Source: Antedon mediterranea
Taxonomy: Eukaryota; Animalia; Echinodermata
Reading direction: 5' to 3'
DNA length: 64,000 nt
Assembly (NCBI RefSeq): GCF_964355755.1
Contig: NC_092672.1
Location: 21,961,237-22,025,236 of the forward strand
Shown here: positions 20,983 through 34,542 of the stretch, piece after piece
How the letters are laid out: every line of letters begins with the position of its first letter
Numbering within the stretch: the first letter of the stretch is position 1
The notes under the pieces: model-generated
The model's database searches: none
What the model saw: only the letters and a program-made list of their open reading frames with translations
Told to the model about the DNA's origin: nothing
Translations under genes and position numbers: made by a program

Positions 20983-23900
20983 GTTCAAGCCACAAAAGAG
21001 GAAAAAAAGACAGTGCTTGAACCCTAGTGCATTTAACATCGTGTATAAAACAATGAAAGAGTATAAGAGCATGATGTCAATACAGAGAAGAGATTAGTGG
21101 CTTTCTGTAGTTTGCAACGCCCTTTTCATTAATTGGGTACGCTGTGTGTTAATAGAGCATTGTCACACATTGCATACAAAAACAAGTCATGATATTATTT
21201 TATGCTCACAAAACTGAATTCAGAAGAACATCAAACATATATTTCTAAATAAAACTGAAACAAAATGAATTAGTAGTTTCTATAATTATAAATTGCTTTA
21301 AAAAATAATTTGGGATTTACACTACCCATCTGAATATCATACACCTTAATCTTAATACCTTATCAACATGAATCAGATCATTTTTATATTGTCCTTTATT
21401 AATAATTATAATATTGACAACAATTCTGATGTTTGTTCATGGTTGTGCAAAGCCATGATAAATACAATTGTCACAGCTTGAATAAGGTAACATGAAGAAA
21501 ATTAAATGAAAACCTTCCTCAATAATATTTCTCTGCTCAAATGCTGGTTTGTAATGAGTTTTTAATATTAAATGTGTCTATATAATTTATTGTTTGTTAA
21601 GTAGGTCTTTTACCACACTGGTGTTTAATGTGAAATGGTTAAATGTATTCAGAGTGAGATCTGCCAATGTAAATTATCTTAATTAAAATCATTTACATTA
21701 AAAACTTTCAATTGTATTTCTATTATATTTTATCAATTTTAAGTGCTGTTCTTAAAATACAATTGCAGTCTACAAAATCATGGAGCTATAAAGCTCAATG
21801 AGACTGAAAAACTGTTAATGTACACAGCCTATTTAATACTTAGTTGAAATGCCATTATTAGACATTTTTAATCATTGATTTATTTAGAGAAATTAATAAA
21901 ACTTCACCAGAAGTTTTAGAATGGTCATATCAGTTGTATTTTGATTATTTATACTACTATAACAATATATGTTCACATTTTGTAGTAATACACTACCAAC
22001 ATGTATAGATAGTATTTACAAAACCCATCTGAATAATTATACTACACCTTAATCTGAATACCTTATCCAACCTGAATACAGCATTTATACAGCGAATACT
22101 GTTTTGTAGTTTCATTCCATAAAACCATAATTTAACATCAAATAAATAGTCACAAAATTAAAATTAAATCTTCTTTATTTTAATAGATTCATCTCTTTGT
22201 TTTCTTTTGAAAAAGATTTTAATACACCAAAAAAAAAAAAAAAAAAAAAAAAAAAAAGCATCTACCCTGTATGTGATGATACACATGGGGTTAAATCATT
22301 TTTCTATTCGACCTATTCGCTAGGACAGAATAATCTGGATTTTTTTTTTAACTACCACACTTTATTTCAAAAGATAACATTTTTTAGCATAATTATTTTT
22401 TTTTGTAAAATGGCTGCATAATTAGTTATCCACACCTTGGAGGATAACTCCTTGTGATTGTATAAAATGATCATCAACTTTTTTTATCTGTATTATTCTT
22501 CTTTCATTCCACATTTCATAACTTCGTAAAGTTGTGCACCTACTATTTTTTTTAAACGTCAGAGTTGCGCAACATGACTTTCGCCCGATTTTATGAATTT
22601 AAATGATTGATCATAGATCAAAAAACCAAACGTCATTTTGTATTGACACTTTTTTAATTTAAGTCATATCAAGAGTCAACTTTCTATGGATTAAAAATGG
22701 CATGTTTCACAAAGTTACGCGCACAAGATTTCTTACAACCAACACCTGCACTTGCTTTAAATTAATGCGCATTCTCAGTTTGTGAACTTAATTCTCTTGA
22801 ATTTTTCATTATTTAAGCCTTAAAAGAATTGAAAAGTCAATTAAACCATATCAACTTTTATTTTAATGACTTACTGATTTTGATTTTAAATGCATTATGG
22901 CTACTCATACATGCTGATTGCATTCTTAACCCTATTTCACATTGACTATTCTTTTTATTGTACAAGTTACTAAATGTTTTAGTTTACTTAATTCACTTCC
23001 CACAACCTTAATCAATAATCACCTTGACAAATTTCAATATAAATTTACCTCCTGGTTCATCCTGTTTTTCATCACTGTTTTCCTCCTTGTACTCTATTTG
23101 CACAAACATACTTTGCCTATTATATTATTCTTAATAGTTGTTGTTTACAATAGTGATGAAAGCATTAATTTTGAAAATTTCTGTAATTTCGCGTGGAAGT
23201 AATCATATTTATCTTAATTTATGTCATGTTCATCCCACCAAAATCTGATGATGAAAACAGTTACAATGAAATTAGTACTTATGTAGAAACAAGGCTATAA
23301 AAAAAAAGGATAGATTCAGGGTTTAACAAAATATATGACATAATCAATTTTAACCGGCTGAAAACATCTATTGAAATCCTCCATACATTATGTAGAAGAG
23401 CTGACTATTGCAATATGCTTTATTAGTTGATGGCATTCCAAAAGATTGTAAGTATAATTAAGAATCATAACAACAATATGTCTGTACATATTAAGGATGA
23501 ATGTATTATAACAAATAACACATGAAGCCAACAGCAAAACGTATATACCGGTACTCATGCTTCAAATCAAAATCTATTACTTCTCGGGTTTTAGACAAAT
23601 GAAATGTTGCTCTCAACGCCCAAAACATCATCTGATAAAGAAGATGAAAAATGGAAAAATATACTAAATTATAAACCATTACATAAAATTGTTCCAACTA
23701 ACTTACAGCTGTATCTGGAAATTGAAAAATAAAAATGAATGTTATATATGTGTTATTGAAAATGAAAAGCATATGTTCTTATAATTATTGTATACATAAC
23801 AAATTATGTAAAAATATTGATAACATTTTTATAGGAATAGACAATAGCAGAAGTTCATTTAAAGAACCTCTTTAATGCATGGCTCAGATTGTCTACAGTA

Positions 23901-24594
23901 TATACATATATACAGTGCTTAAATGCTTTAAGTATCTAATACCTTGCAATTGTATATTCTTTTAACAATCGTAAATCATACAGGTTTGATAATGCATTTT
24001 TTCTCATATTTGTATAATTTTCTAACAATTTGAATAAATTAGGTGTTTATCAAGTCAATACTGTATTCAAATTTAGGAACAGCTTAATCACAAAATAATG
24101 GGATCATTGTGCACTTTGTAATATTAATAATTCATTATAATGATGTATTGATACTTTAACACTTCTTTATTGTATCTTGAACTTTGTTGTTATCATTGAT
24201 ACAATAATACATGAATCAAGTGTCAACAATTATAGAGCATTCATATTAACAGTTAATGTTGACTGATATGATTTTACTGTAACTTTCATCTCATCTTGAA
24301 AATTAAAAAAGTAAATAAAAATTAATTAAATATTAAAAATAATACAAATATAAATAAGGCTGATATTGATGATATTGATTGCAATTTGCCTAATGAGGTT
24401 TGATGATTAAAATGAGAACTCAACAGGGTGAATTTTCAATACAAGATGTAGGCCTACTGTAAGTAATAATAACCTGTCATTCTTTTAAAATACAAAATAA
24501 ATTGGCAAATTGATGGTAAATGCCACTTAGAAGAGTTTATATGAAAGTATTTGTATGATAAAATTGAATTATCATATGCATTTATTATTTTTAG

Positions 24595-24693
24595 AGTGGA
24601 TCAACACCTCTGATTGAAGCTGCATATAAAGGTTTTGATGAAGTCTGCTTGGTCCTTCTCAATAAGGGAGCTGATGTAAATCACCAAAACGAG
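24595..24693 (+). CDS. Internal exon of an ankyrin-repeat protein gene (SGSTPLIEAAYKGFDEVCLVLLNKGADVNHQNE)
   Basis: Exactly 99 bp, phase 0/0, TTTTTAG acceptor and GTACTT donor; fits the ankyrin consensus G-x-TPL-xx-AA-xx-G...LL-xx-GADVN. Confidence 0.93.
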
Positions 24694-25427
24694 GTACTTT
24701 CACACATTGTATTTCAAACATTTTTAAATATAGGTGGCCAGTACAATTAAATTAATAATTTATGTTTTGTCATTGATACTGGGATTGTAGGATAATTCAA
24801 AGTTAGTACTATTTTAAAATCTAGACTATTGGTATATTTAAATTTGTTTGAAAATGTATACCACAAATATTTGTTGACATGCACAACAAATAGTTTCTTT
24901 ATTTTGCTTTGTTATCCTATTTTGTAAAGAAATTAATCAGAGCCTTATCATTAAAAGTTTACATTATTTATATATGCATGTGTTTATTTTCACCAGTCAG
25001 AATTGCTAAATTATAGCAGGTATCCTGCTATACTTTATTTGCACAAGTAATTAGCATTGTTTACATAATAGATTAATCAACTGATAACATGTGTACTACA
25101 AGTTTTTTCAGCATATCCTAACTTCATTTCCTATTCTCCCAATGTAAAGTTTAGCAGGCTAACTCTCTCGTGACTCTGGAGAGTTTGCGGACGTGAAGCT
25201 CCATCCCTATTTTTCCAATGTAAAGTTTAGCAGGCTAACTCTCCTGACTGAGAGTTTACAGACGCAGCTCAAAGCTCATTTCATAAAGTTTAGTTTGGCA
25301 GGGCGACATGTGACATGATACTGTATTTTAATAATAATTCATTTAGAAAATAATTAATAGGAAACTTATATTTTAAAGATGTGACCTTATACCAATTCAA
25401 AATTACAATAATTACTATGTTTTGTTT

Positions 25428-26184
25428 TAAAGTTAAAATGTGTTTATCGTGGACGACGTGTGAATATGTTTTTGACCCGGGCTTCCTTGTCCTTTGTCAC
25501 TAATAATAGAGGCATATTTGCATATTTTAAAATAAATACGCAATAAAATTCATATAAATAAAAATTATATTATATAATATATATTTTATATTATTATATA
25601 TTAAAATGTATTTTATCTATTATTAAAATATTTCAAAAATAAGCTCAGATGCCGGTGGTGAGCAAAATATGCGCACTAAAAATAACTTTGGAAAACACCC
25701 ACCCTAGTTTCAAAACACGATCGCATGTCACGAGGTTAAAATAAACGCCGTGGTTAGGATTCCGACACCGGAACTCAACTGTCTACCGTTAGGGAATCCG
25801 ACACATTAAAGTTAAAATGTGTTTATCGTGGACGACGTGTGAATATGTTTTTGACCCGGGCTTCCTTGTCCTTTGTCACTAATAATAGAGGCATATTTGC
25901 ATAGTTTAAAATAAATACGCAATAAAATTCATATAAATAAAAATTATATTATATAATATATATTTTATATTATTATATATTAAAATGTATTTTATCGATT
26001 ATTAAAATATTTCAAAAATAAGCTCAGATGCCGGCGGTGAGCAAAATATGTGCACTAAAAATAACTTTGGAAAAAACCCACCCTAGTTTCAAAACACGAT
26101 CGCATGTCACGAGGTTAAAATAAACGCCGTGGTTAGGATTCCGACACCGGAACTCAACTGTCTACCGTTAGGGAATCTGACACG
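25428..26184. repeat. Near-identical tandem duplication with a 379-bp period, including the first ~60 bp of a MULE TIR
   Basis: TGTTTATCGTGGACGACG at 25441 and 25820; CGCCGTGGTTAGGATTCC at 25746 and 26125. Confidence 0.93.
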
Positions 26185-26541
26185 CTATTGCGCATGCCAA
26201 GAGCTCTGGGAAGTGAATTATAGCTTGTGCCACACACACACACCACACTACCACTGCTGCATGCTGAGAGTCGGAGTGTTAGGATTTACTGTAGCCTAGT
26301 TAGTCGTTGCGCGAGCAAGAGAGCGATGGATAAAACTTGGTCTAGGCCATACATGAATTAATAATTAAAATACGACTACGTCACGCCTTAAAATAATTAT
26401 TATGATATTAATAAGAATCAGTATCTATCTACCGTGAGAATCGTAATGCTTTAGTAGCGTTGCGACCCTGACTTCCCGAACAGTTTTTTCACATCCACGC
26501 GGTGGCTGCCGTCAACAAATTAACTTGTGATTGCATGTTAT

Positions 26542-28116
26542 CAAAGATAGTGTAGTAGGAAGATGTTACACTTCCTATTCGTTCAATGCAAATAAAAGCG
26601 AGACAACATGGAGCTAAATTTAAAGGCCGCCTCGCACGTTGAGTAGGGATACGGAAGGTTATTGTGGAAATAGGCTATATAACAGAAGAATAATATGACT
26701 GTAAAATTAAGATTTAATACGAATTAACATATAAAATGTACTGTTATCTTTATAGAAAGTGCAAATGAATCATATTTTTATGTTTTGGAATACAAATTTG
26801 TGTTTCAATTACCTGGAATTGTTTAGGTACCTGGAATTTCTACCATATTTTATTTCTTTTATTTTAATGTTTTTATTTGCAAATCAACTGAAATTTAAAA
26901 AAAATTATTATTTACATTTAATTGTTTATCATTGGACAGAGATTGACAATGTGTATGCCTATATAATAATTGATTACGTATGGTTTATTTCTAAATGGGT
27001 AATACAAGAGAATAGTAGTATGGCTTGTAATCAATCAATCAATCTTTATTGTAATAAATAATATTATACAAATAGTCGTCTATAAAAGGGGAAACATATA
27101 CAATGAATACGGTACCAGTAGGTCGCAACATTCAATAATAAGAATTTAGGACTACGGGTATGTTTTTTTTACTGAAAAAAAAAACAAGTATTGTTTTTTA
27201 TCTATTAATTTTAATAATTTAATAATAACTAATAATTATTATATTATGCTTGTAACACTCCGAACTTTGGTGCATTCTTAGTAATTTGCAATGATTATGT
27301 AATGCCTAACATTATCGATAATATTAATTATAAGCCGATGAGTTCATTAATATTGGTAAGGTATATCAAAGAAAAAAATATCCGTGGGGAGGCCTACTTT
27401 ACCCCCTTATACTACCCTTACAAAAAATGTTCTATAGAATCTATATATAGAAGTTTTAGAATTCTATATTAATCTATAGAAACAGATAATTTCTACCTAC
27501 CCCTAGAGTTTTTAGAAATTGCTGTATAGAAAATATTGAAATTGCAGAAGAATTGCTATCATTTATTTATAAATCATAATATTGTTTGCCAAACAATACT
27601 TATACTGTAAAATTTGCATTATGACTTCAGACTTGACTGGGGTTTACCAAGATGAGGAAGAGTTTTTATGGGTACGGGTTGGTTTGGGTACGGGTTGGTT
27701 TGGGTACGGGTTGGTTTGGGTACGGGTTGGTTTGGGTACGAGATGACCAGCATCCATTCATGATTGCGTCTACAGGCGCGCGTAAGCCTCCTCCTGATCC
27801 TAGCTCAGTGTTTACAGTCATGTCATTCCAAAACTCACTCCAAATAAATGTATTAACAATTAAAAAGATCCAAAAACAGTATGAAAACATCATATTAATT
27901 TTTAACTTTGTATAAAAAAAAAAAGAAAGAAGTTTGATGTTTTTTGTGGCTTATTTTTACAATTTATTGCCGAAAACACCATTTTCGTTGGGATTTGCCA
28001 TTGCGCTCCTCATGTTTCAGATTCGTCTATCCCTACTCGTTGTGAGAGGCGCCCTATCTCGAGCGGTTCTCTAATTTTTGAGCGAAGTGTAACATCTTCC
28101 TACTACACTATCTTTG
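26542..28116. mobile_element. P-like non-autonomous element
   Basis: Perfect 33-bp TIR CAAAGATAGTGTAGTAGGAAGATGTTACACTTC and 7-bp TSD ATGTTAT; the empty site is visible in the 57-kb MULE copy. Confidence 0.88.
27669..27740. repeat. 16-bp minisatellite (GGGTACGGGTTGGTTT), about 4.5 units
   Basis: Directly visible perfect tandem units. Confidence 0.95.
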
Positions 28117-28183
28117 ATGTTATGTACAGTTATAATGCGTTATATGAAATCTTTTATTTTGTACTTAAAAAATCATAAAACTA

Positions 28184-28979
28184 CCGTATATTTCGGTGTA
28201 TAAGTCGCACTTTTGACACGCAAATTTGACCTCTAAATTAAGGGTGCGTCTTATACACCGAACATAAATGCCTCACCACACAGATTGTACATATCTAGCT
28301 AAACTAGCTACAGTATACTAACACAACGGCAACCTGCTTCTGCCTAGTTTTTAAGGCATTTTAGATGATGTTATACTAAATATGATGAAAAGATTTGTTC
28401 ATTATGGAGCTGTTGTAGGCGCTCCGATAAAATTTCATTTGTAAACGTTTACGATTGGAATAGCCTAGGCTAGTATTTATTTATAGTTATACGCACGATT
28501 ACCGTACCCCCAGCGCAAGCCCTACTTGGCGGCCACATGGTGTACGGTATTAGACTAGTATATTCTCCAGGTAATTATAGCATGGACCTAGCGTACACAC
28601 TTCTCGGAAACATAGATACTAATCAAATACGATTGTCCGTGAAAACGTGCGCCCTTTCGAAATGATCGAGCGAGGCTAGCCCACACGTACGACGTACGTG
28701 TTACACACACGGTCATGCACTCGATGTTGCGGGTGCGAAACTCTTGAATAACAAGTTAGAAAGAACTTGTTGAGGCTGGGCGAGGCCGAGCCTAGGTAAG
28801 AAAAAACCTAAATAAAGGACAAAATATAACAAAATATATTATCACAATAATATTGATTACAATTTAAAAAAAAATTGTTTTGATGGAAATATAAGGTGCG
28901 TCTTATACATCGACGATATAAAAAATACCGATATTTTACTCTCAGTTAGGGCGTGCGTCTTATACACCAAAATATACGG
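28184..28979. mobile_element. Tc1/mariner (pogo/Tigger-like) MITE
   Basis: TIRs CCGTATATTTCGGTGTATAAGTCGCAC / GTGCGTCTTATACACCAAAATATACGG, TA on both sides, repeated internal GTGCGTCTTATACA motifs. Confidence 0.88.
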
Positions 28980-29204
28980 TAGTCAACTCATGTAATTATA
29001 CAATTCATAATTATATGAAGTTTATATATGAATGAAGCAACCACTTTTTAATTACAAAATAAATGTCGGATTCCCTAACGGTGGGCAGTTGAGTTCCGGT
29101 GGCGTAAAATAAAAGGTGATGCAATTATTTTGTTATCAATCAGGTTTTTTATTTATTTTATATTCCCCAAAATTTATTTTCTGCAATTAAAATTATAATT
29201 TTAA

Positions 29205-29754
29205 AGATGTATTGTCCCTTGAAACACAAAAAAATGAAGGTCAAAATATACTAAATTTTAATTGGCCATATCAAAGTAATATTAAAGTTATTCACTTTAA
29301 GTCGAAAATTCGAGCCAAAAACAACAATTTTACGTAATAACAGCTAAATTAATTTGATTACATTTCGTCTGAAAATAGTCGTGAGCGAAAGTAAACAAAG
29401 ATTTCAAACCATGAGTATACATTATGCATGATGCTAATTAGGATTGTAACTCGTCACAGTTGAGAAGGTGTTTTCACACAGATCGCGAGGAAGTTTTATG
29501 ATTTAATGCATACAGAGTAGCCAAATTAGCGCATTGTATTATAAGATATGTTTTGATCGAAAACTTTGACTGGAACTTGGAAGTCAAAGTTATTTTTTTA
29601 ACCAAAAAACGTCTGTATTTCAGTTAAATGATTTTTTTTTCGACTAATTTTTGGTGAAAGTTAATAACTATTATGATACTACAAAATGACCCACTTTTTT
29701 TCAAATTCTTTTTATTTTTATTTTTTTTTAATTTGACAAAGGGACAATACATCT
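29205..29754. mobile_element. Kolobok-like MITE related to 9658-13172
   Basis: Perfect 16-bp TIR AGATGTATTGTCCCTT with TTAA flanks and similar subterminal sequence. Confidence 0.88.
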
Positions 29755-30478
29755 TTAATAAAAATATATTTTCCGTAAAATAATCTAATTAATTTAGTAT
29801 TAGTATAAGACTAACATCAATTCTTTTCAAAACTAAACTGTTTTATTTGACATTACGTGAACCTGAAAATCGGCAACGAAATGTCAACGATGTTACACCA
29901 ATACCACACATGGATAAGTAGCCTGCTACCAAGATCGGGCCCAACGCGACAGGCCCCAGTTTTTAGGGCTTTGATGACTAGTTGACGCACGATTTTACTG
30001 ATATAGAAAAGATTATTTAAGTTCAGTTTATTAGGGTTAGATTGATTTTTAGGAGTTTAATTGATTATTTTGCGGTTAGGTCTAGGGATGGCCTAAGCCT
30101 CTCCCTATTTTATTTATGGGCCTGGCTGTCCATAGTCAGTCCTGATTGTTTTAAAAAACATGGTAACAGACCTACCTACTGGCCTAGATTTAACAAATCA
30201 AAAGACATGTCTTTTTGTTTTACCCTTTCTTTACACCACCAGTACATTTACACCACCAGTACATTTACACATTACTGATAATGATATCATCTATTATATC
30301 CTGTATAATGGTTTTCACCCATATGCCTATTCTTTTCATAGGAGTCTACATTTAACAATAGGTCTGTAGTTCATTTCCTTTAATGTTTATTGGATTCTGT
30401 TCTTTGTTCATTATATTGTCTACTACAAAATTAGCAGGCACAGAATAATAAAAACACATTCAAGTGAAAATTGTAATT

Positions 30479-30819
30479 ATATCAGGTGCTTAATTAATAT
30501 TTTGATTAATTTTCAACATGTAAATTGTCCAATTGAAATGCGTTGTTTTGTCAAATAAGTTGACTCCAGTATGTTTCCTTGTACTAATAGGCCTTTGTTA
30601 AATAATATTTATTTATTTTACTTACTCTGGAAGCACCTTCATTCAAGAAGTGTGCCACTGTTTCTAAAGTGTAGCTTCCAAATAAATTATTATATTATAT
30701 GTAAAAAAAGTGGAGTATAGTTACTTTAGGTAACTAATTATAAATGCATTCATTTTAAATGTGTTATAATTATAGCTAGAATTCTTTATTTTGTTATTTA
30801 CTTTATTAATATTAAAAAT
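30479..30819. repeat. Dispersed repeat nearly identical to 63655-64000
   Basis: ATCAGGTGCTTAATTAA...ATTAATATTAAAAATA collinear over about 340 bp with few differences. Confidence 0.93.
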
Positions 30820-30874
30820 AAACTTCCAACAGCAAGGACTTATTTAATTACTTATGTGTACACATTCAGAATAC

Positions 30875-30906
30875 CATAGATATATTATAGTGAAAATATC
30901 TCTATG
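30875..30906. other. P-type excision footprint, degenerate
   Basis: CATAGATATATTATAGT-GAA-AATATCTCTATG with imperfect flanking repeats AGAATAC/AGAATCT. Confidence 0.6.
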
Positions 30907-32603
30907 AGAATCTCTACCAACTGTACTATCTTCAGTTCAGACTAGCCAGCAAGTTTAATAGCCAACATGCATTTGAGCAGTGGGGTGTGTGTAATAATTA
31001 GAATAGCCATAAGGATATCTCAGAAAAATTAGATATTTTATCATAACTTTTTAACTACTGGACAGATTTTTTTGAAAAAAAATCTATAATAATTCTTAAA
31101 ATAATGCAAGACTATAGCAATCATGCTTAATAACGAAAAAGTTATTGTGAATATTACTGAAATTGTGTTCAGGCAGAATGAGTTTATATCACACTTCCTG
31201 TTCACCAAGATAAATTAAACAGATACGATTTTAATCCTTTTTTTCCACTTTGACTGGTGACTCTACTTGTAATGATTGTTTATTCTTACTATAGGCGCGC
31301 CTATGCGTGAACCTATTACGGTTACGGTATGCACTAAATATGTCCATCATTATGGGATTAAATATTATCCTTATTTAGGCTATTTATTAAATAATAATAT
31401 ATTACGAACTGAGGCCTACTAGATAGTAGGCCTATGTGTAGCCACAAATCGTTAAACGATATATAATTTAGTCCTACAATTTCACTGAACTCTAAGTATG
31501 TGATCGTAAAAATCATATATTTTATGATATTAATATCATAAATAATTTAATTATACAATATCAGACTAAAATAGAAGAATTTTAGTTTTGCTAAACGGTC
31601 ATAATATAGATTGAAACATAAATTAAATGTCATATACAGTAATAAAAATAAGAAATTGTGTCGTTGGAATTCTAATATACGTATATTTTTGAATATTCAT
31701 GAGAACAAATTATATAATTTTTTTCATGCGCGCACTAAAATATGATTTTAAAATAAGTTGGAGTCTTTAATATGCTACAAAATGCACTAGGGTTATTAAA
31801 TTAAAAAGTTGCTTAAACGGTAAAATTTCGATTTACCAAATGATACGTCTATGGCTTGATAAAACATATGATTAATTTGTTAGCTGGTATAAAAACTGCG
31901 ATATCTCCGTGAAAATTTACTCGATTTTTAAACGGTTTTTTCGAGAAAAAAGCTCAAAGAACAATGAACAACTGCACAAAGGTCATGCTTCACTATGATG
32001 TATTAGAAACTACTGCGCAGCCTCCGTTTACTTTTACTGAAAAAATGGTTTACAAATTGATAACTGTATTTCAAATGAAGACTATGTTATTGTTACATGC
32101 AAAAAAGCACTGAATTCAAGACTGACATTTTTGTACAGGCAGACTAACTTCTTAGATGCAAAGTAGACACTTTTATGCTCTGCAATAATTCAATGTGTTT
32201 TCGACTACTGTATGCTACATCAGTCTGGTATTCTGGTATAACTTCTCCTCAAAATAAACTGTAACCCTAAATAAAATTGTACAGTTTTTTCTTATCACCC
32301 ACTAACAATCAACCACTAATGAAACAATTTCATTAACCACTAATGTACAAAACTTCATTAAAGTAGAAAATTAGTTTAGAGTTATTTTGGAAATATTCTA
32401 TATTTTTTTGTGGAGAAAACATTTTTTAATTTGTTGAACTTCAGTTTTAATCCTATGTGTCTTTGTCAATTCTCTATATTTTTCTTCTCTGAGACAAATA
32501 TGGTACTACATTTTTCACATGTACGCTGAACTTTTATCTGTCCCACTTAATAAAGTTGAATTGTCGAGTTTGTTGAATTTAGCCTGGTTAGTGTCTGTCC
32601 ATT

Positions 32604-32639
32604 CATAGAGATATTATAGTTCACTATAATATCTCTATG
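32604..32639. other. P-type excision footprint, 17+2+17 bp
   Basis: CATAGAGATATTATAGT-TC-ACTATAATATCTCTATG flanked by perfect 7-bp TSD GTCCATT. Confidence 0.82.
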
Positions 32640-33625
32640 GTCCATTCATTCGTTAATTTAATATTTTTACAACTTTAGGACATAGTGTATAGGGTCTTTA
32701 CTTTTTATAGGGTCTATTGAACCTAGTTTGACTGTCTGTCCATCTTTCTGTTCCCAATTTTAACCTTTGGACTTAGGGTATTTAATATACAAATGCCACC
32801 TTCGGTTTTTTGCGAGTGGGAGACGTGGAGATGACAATTCACAACGAGAGTATCTCCCCAATCCTATATTAGAACAAAGTAAATTCACTTTATCTAATTA
32901 TAATTTGAGTAGAATATAAAAAATGATAATGAAATATAATGAAACACCTAACTTTTTCTTCAAATATGTTAGATACAGAGATGCTGTACTGACAGCTGTA
33001 AGTTGCTAACTTTTTTTGTGCAATTGTTGTGTATTAAAATTGATTAGGGAAAAAAGAAATCACAAAACATTTTAATCTTTTGTAGTTTATTGTAAAGAAC
33101 ATTGTTTTTATTTCATTTTCATAAATAGTAGTATACACTTACATATAAATAGAATTCAGTACCGTAATACCTAAAAACATAAGCCTACAATGTTTCAAGC
33201 AGTTATTAGGTAAGGGGAATCATTGGACAGTATTAAACAGTTAACATTAAAAAAAAAATTAAATGTATTGTATTTCGGTTCTCAAACAACAAGTGTTGTT
33301 CAGTGACTTTATAGAGATCATTACTGCTAGCTGCCAAGATATGTTTTTCTTGGTTCTGTGAGATTTTGTTTAGTACATGCTGTTGTATCTCTACACATTT
33401 CCAAACTCCTTTATTGCTTTATTAATCCTTCTAGCTTCATTTTCATTTTGTTTTTCATTTCTGTCATGGTCTGTTTAATGAATAGGAAAAAATATACCAT
33501 TTAGTGACATGATTTATATATTTATACTTTTATTGTACATGAATGTTATTAAAGTGAAATGAGGTTGGTTATTTTTTTTTAACATATGTACAAAATTGAA
33601 CTATGGTGAAATGCATGCAGTACAT

Positions 33626-33652
33626 CATAGAGATATTATAGTGAACTCTATG
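33626..33652. other. P-type excision footprint, 17+3+7 bp
   Basis: CATAGAGATATTATAGT-GAA-CTCTATG flanked by perfect 7-bp TSD AGTACAT. Confidence 0.78.
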
Positions 33653-34501
33653 AGTACATGAATGTTATTATAAAAAATGTTACACCTTTGTACCAGTAAC
33701 TTCCATAATGAATGAAGGAATGTTGAATACTTTGATTTGGGTGAGCGTGGGGCTACTGATATTTTTTACCTACAGTTAATAGTTTACTTAATATTATTTT
33801 ATTTTTATTTTTTAATTTTAGTTTATTTATATATCAACTGACAGATATGAAAACCTCCACCAAAAAGTTGATAAACATGAAACAGTAACATCTTTATCTC
33901 ATTGTAACATTCAACGGAAGCAGGTTAATAATACTGCAGTGTAATTCAGTAAACAGTACACAAAACAGTATGAATATTATTATTATAAAGTGTTGTACAT
34001 TAAACAAGCATTGCAGATTGTTTGTATATCAGAAATATGCACAAAATTAAATTATGACAAAGTGCCGGTTTAACTTGGTAACAACAGTTTCTACTATAGG
34101 CCTACAGTACGATTCCTTAATCTAATAAAACAGTGCATGAATCTTATAATGAATTGATGCACATTACACAGGAGGTGGAGGATGGGTAGGGTTAATTGAA
34201 ATAAGCACAATGGTGGTACTTACCTGACTGAATGTTGAATACTGATTGTTGAATGTGTCTCTCCTGGCGGAAGGAAACAACAATTTACAAAAGAATGCCA
34301 TAACATGTGGAATAGCGTTTCATTGTTGTTCACCTAGTTGTGTGTGTGTGTGTTATTATAAAATTTATTTTATCAAAATACTAAACCACATTAAAAATGA
34401 AATAAAAAATGTTTACATGGACATACACGAAACATTAATATTTATTAGGGCGTCATTCTTTCACCCACTAACAAGTTTTACAATAATAAACCTTTTTTCT
34501 C

Positions 34502-34504
<3 letters not shown>

Positions 34505-34538
<34 letters not shown>
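34505..34538. repeat. (CT)n microsatellite
   Basis: About 17 perfect CT units. Confidence 0.97.

Positions 34539-34542
<4 letters not shown>

Larger units (their letters stand above)
26125..29104. mobile_element. MULE-like MITE (same family as 57027-57791, opposite orientation) with two nested insertions
   Basis: TIR CGCCGTGGTTAGGATTCC; right TIR partly deleted; 9-bp TSD TAAAATAAA (26116-26124, 29105-29113). Confidence 0.88.

Noticed and set aside
23240-23262. CTGATGATGAAAACAG as another hammerhead core
   Set aside because: No stem II and no supporting stems I or III.
31009-32030. Possible TIR element with GATATCTC motifs
   Set aside because: Could not define matching termini or a TSD.
33300-33490. 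Minus-strand exon-like segment after a good acceptor; a similar case at 39990-40185
   Set aside because: All frames hit stops and there is no recognisable domain.
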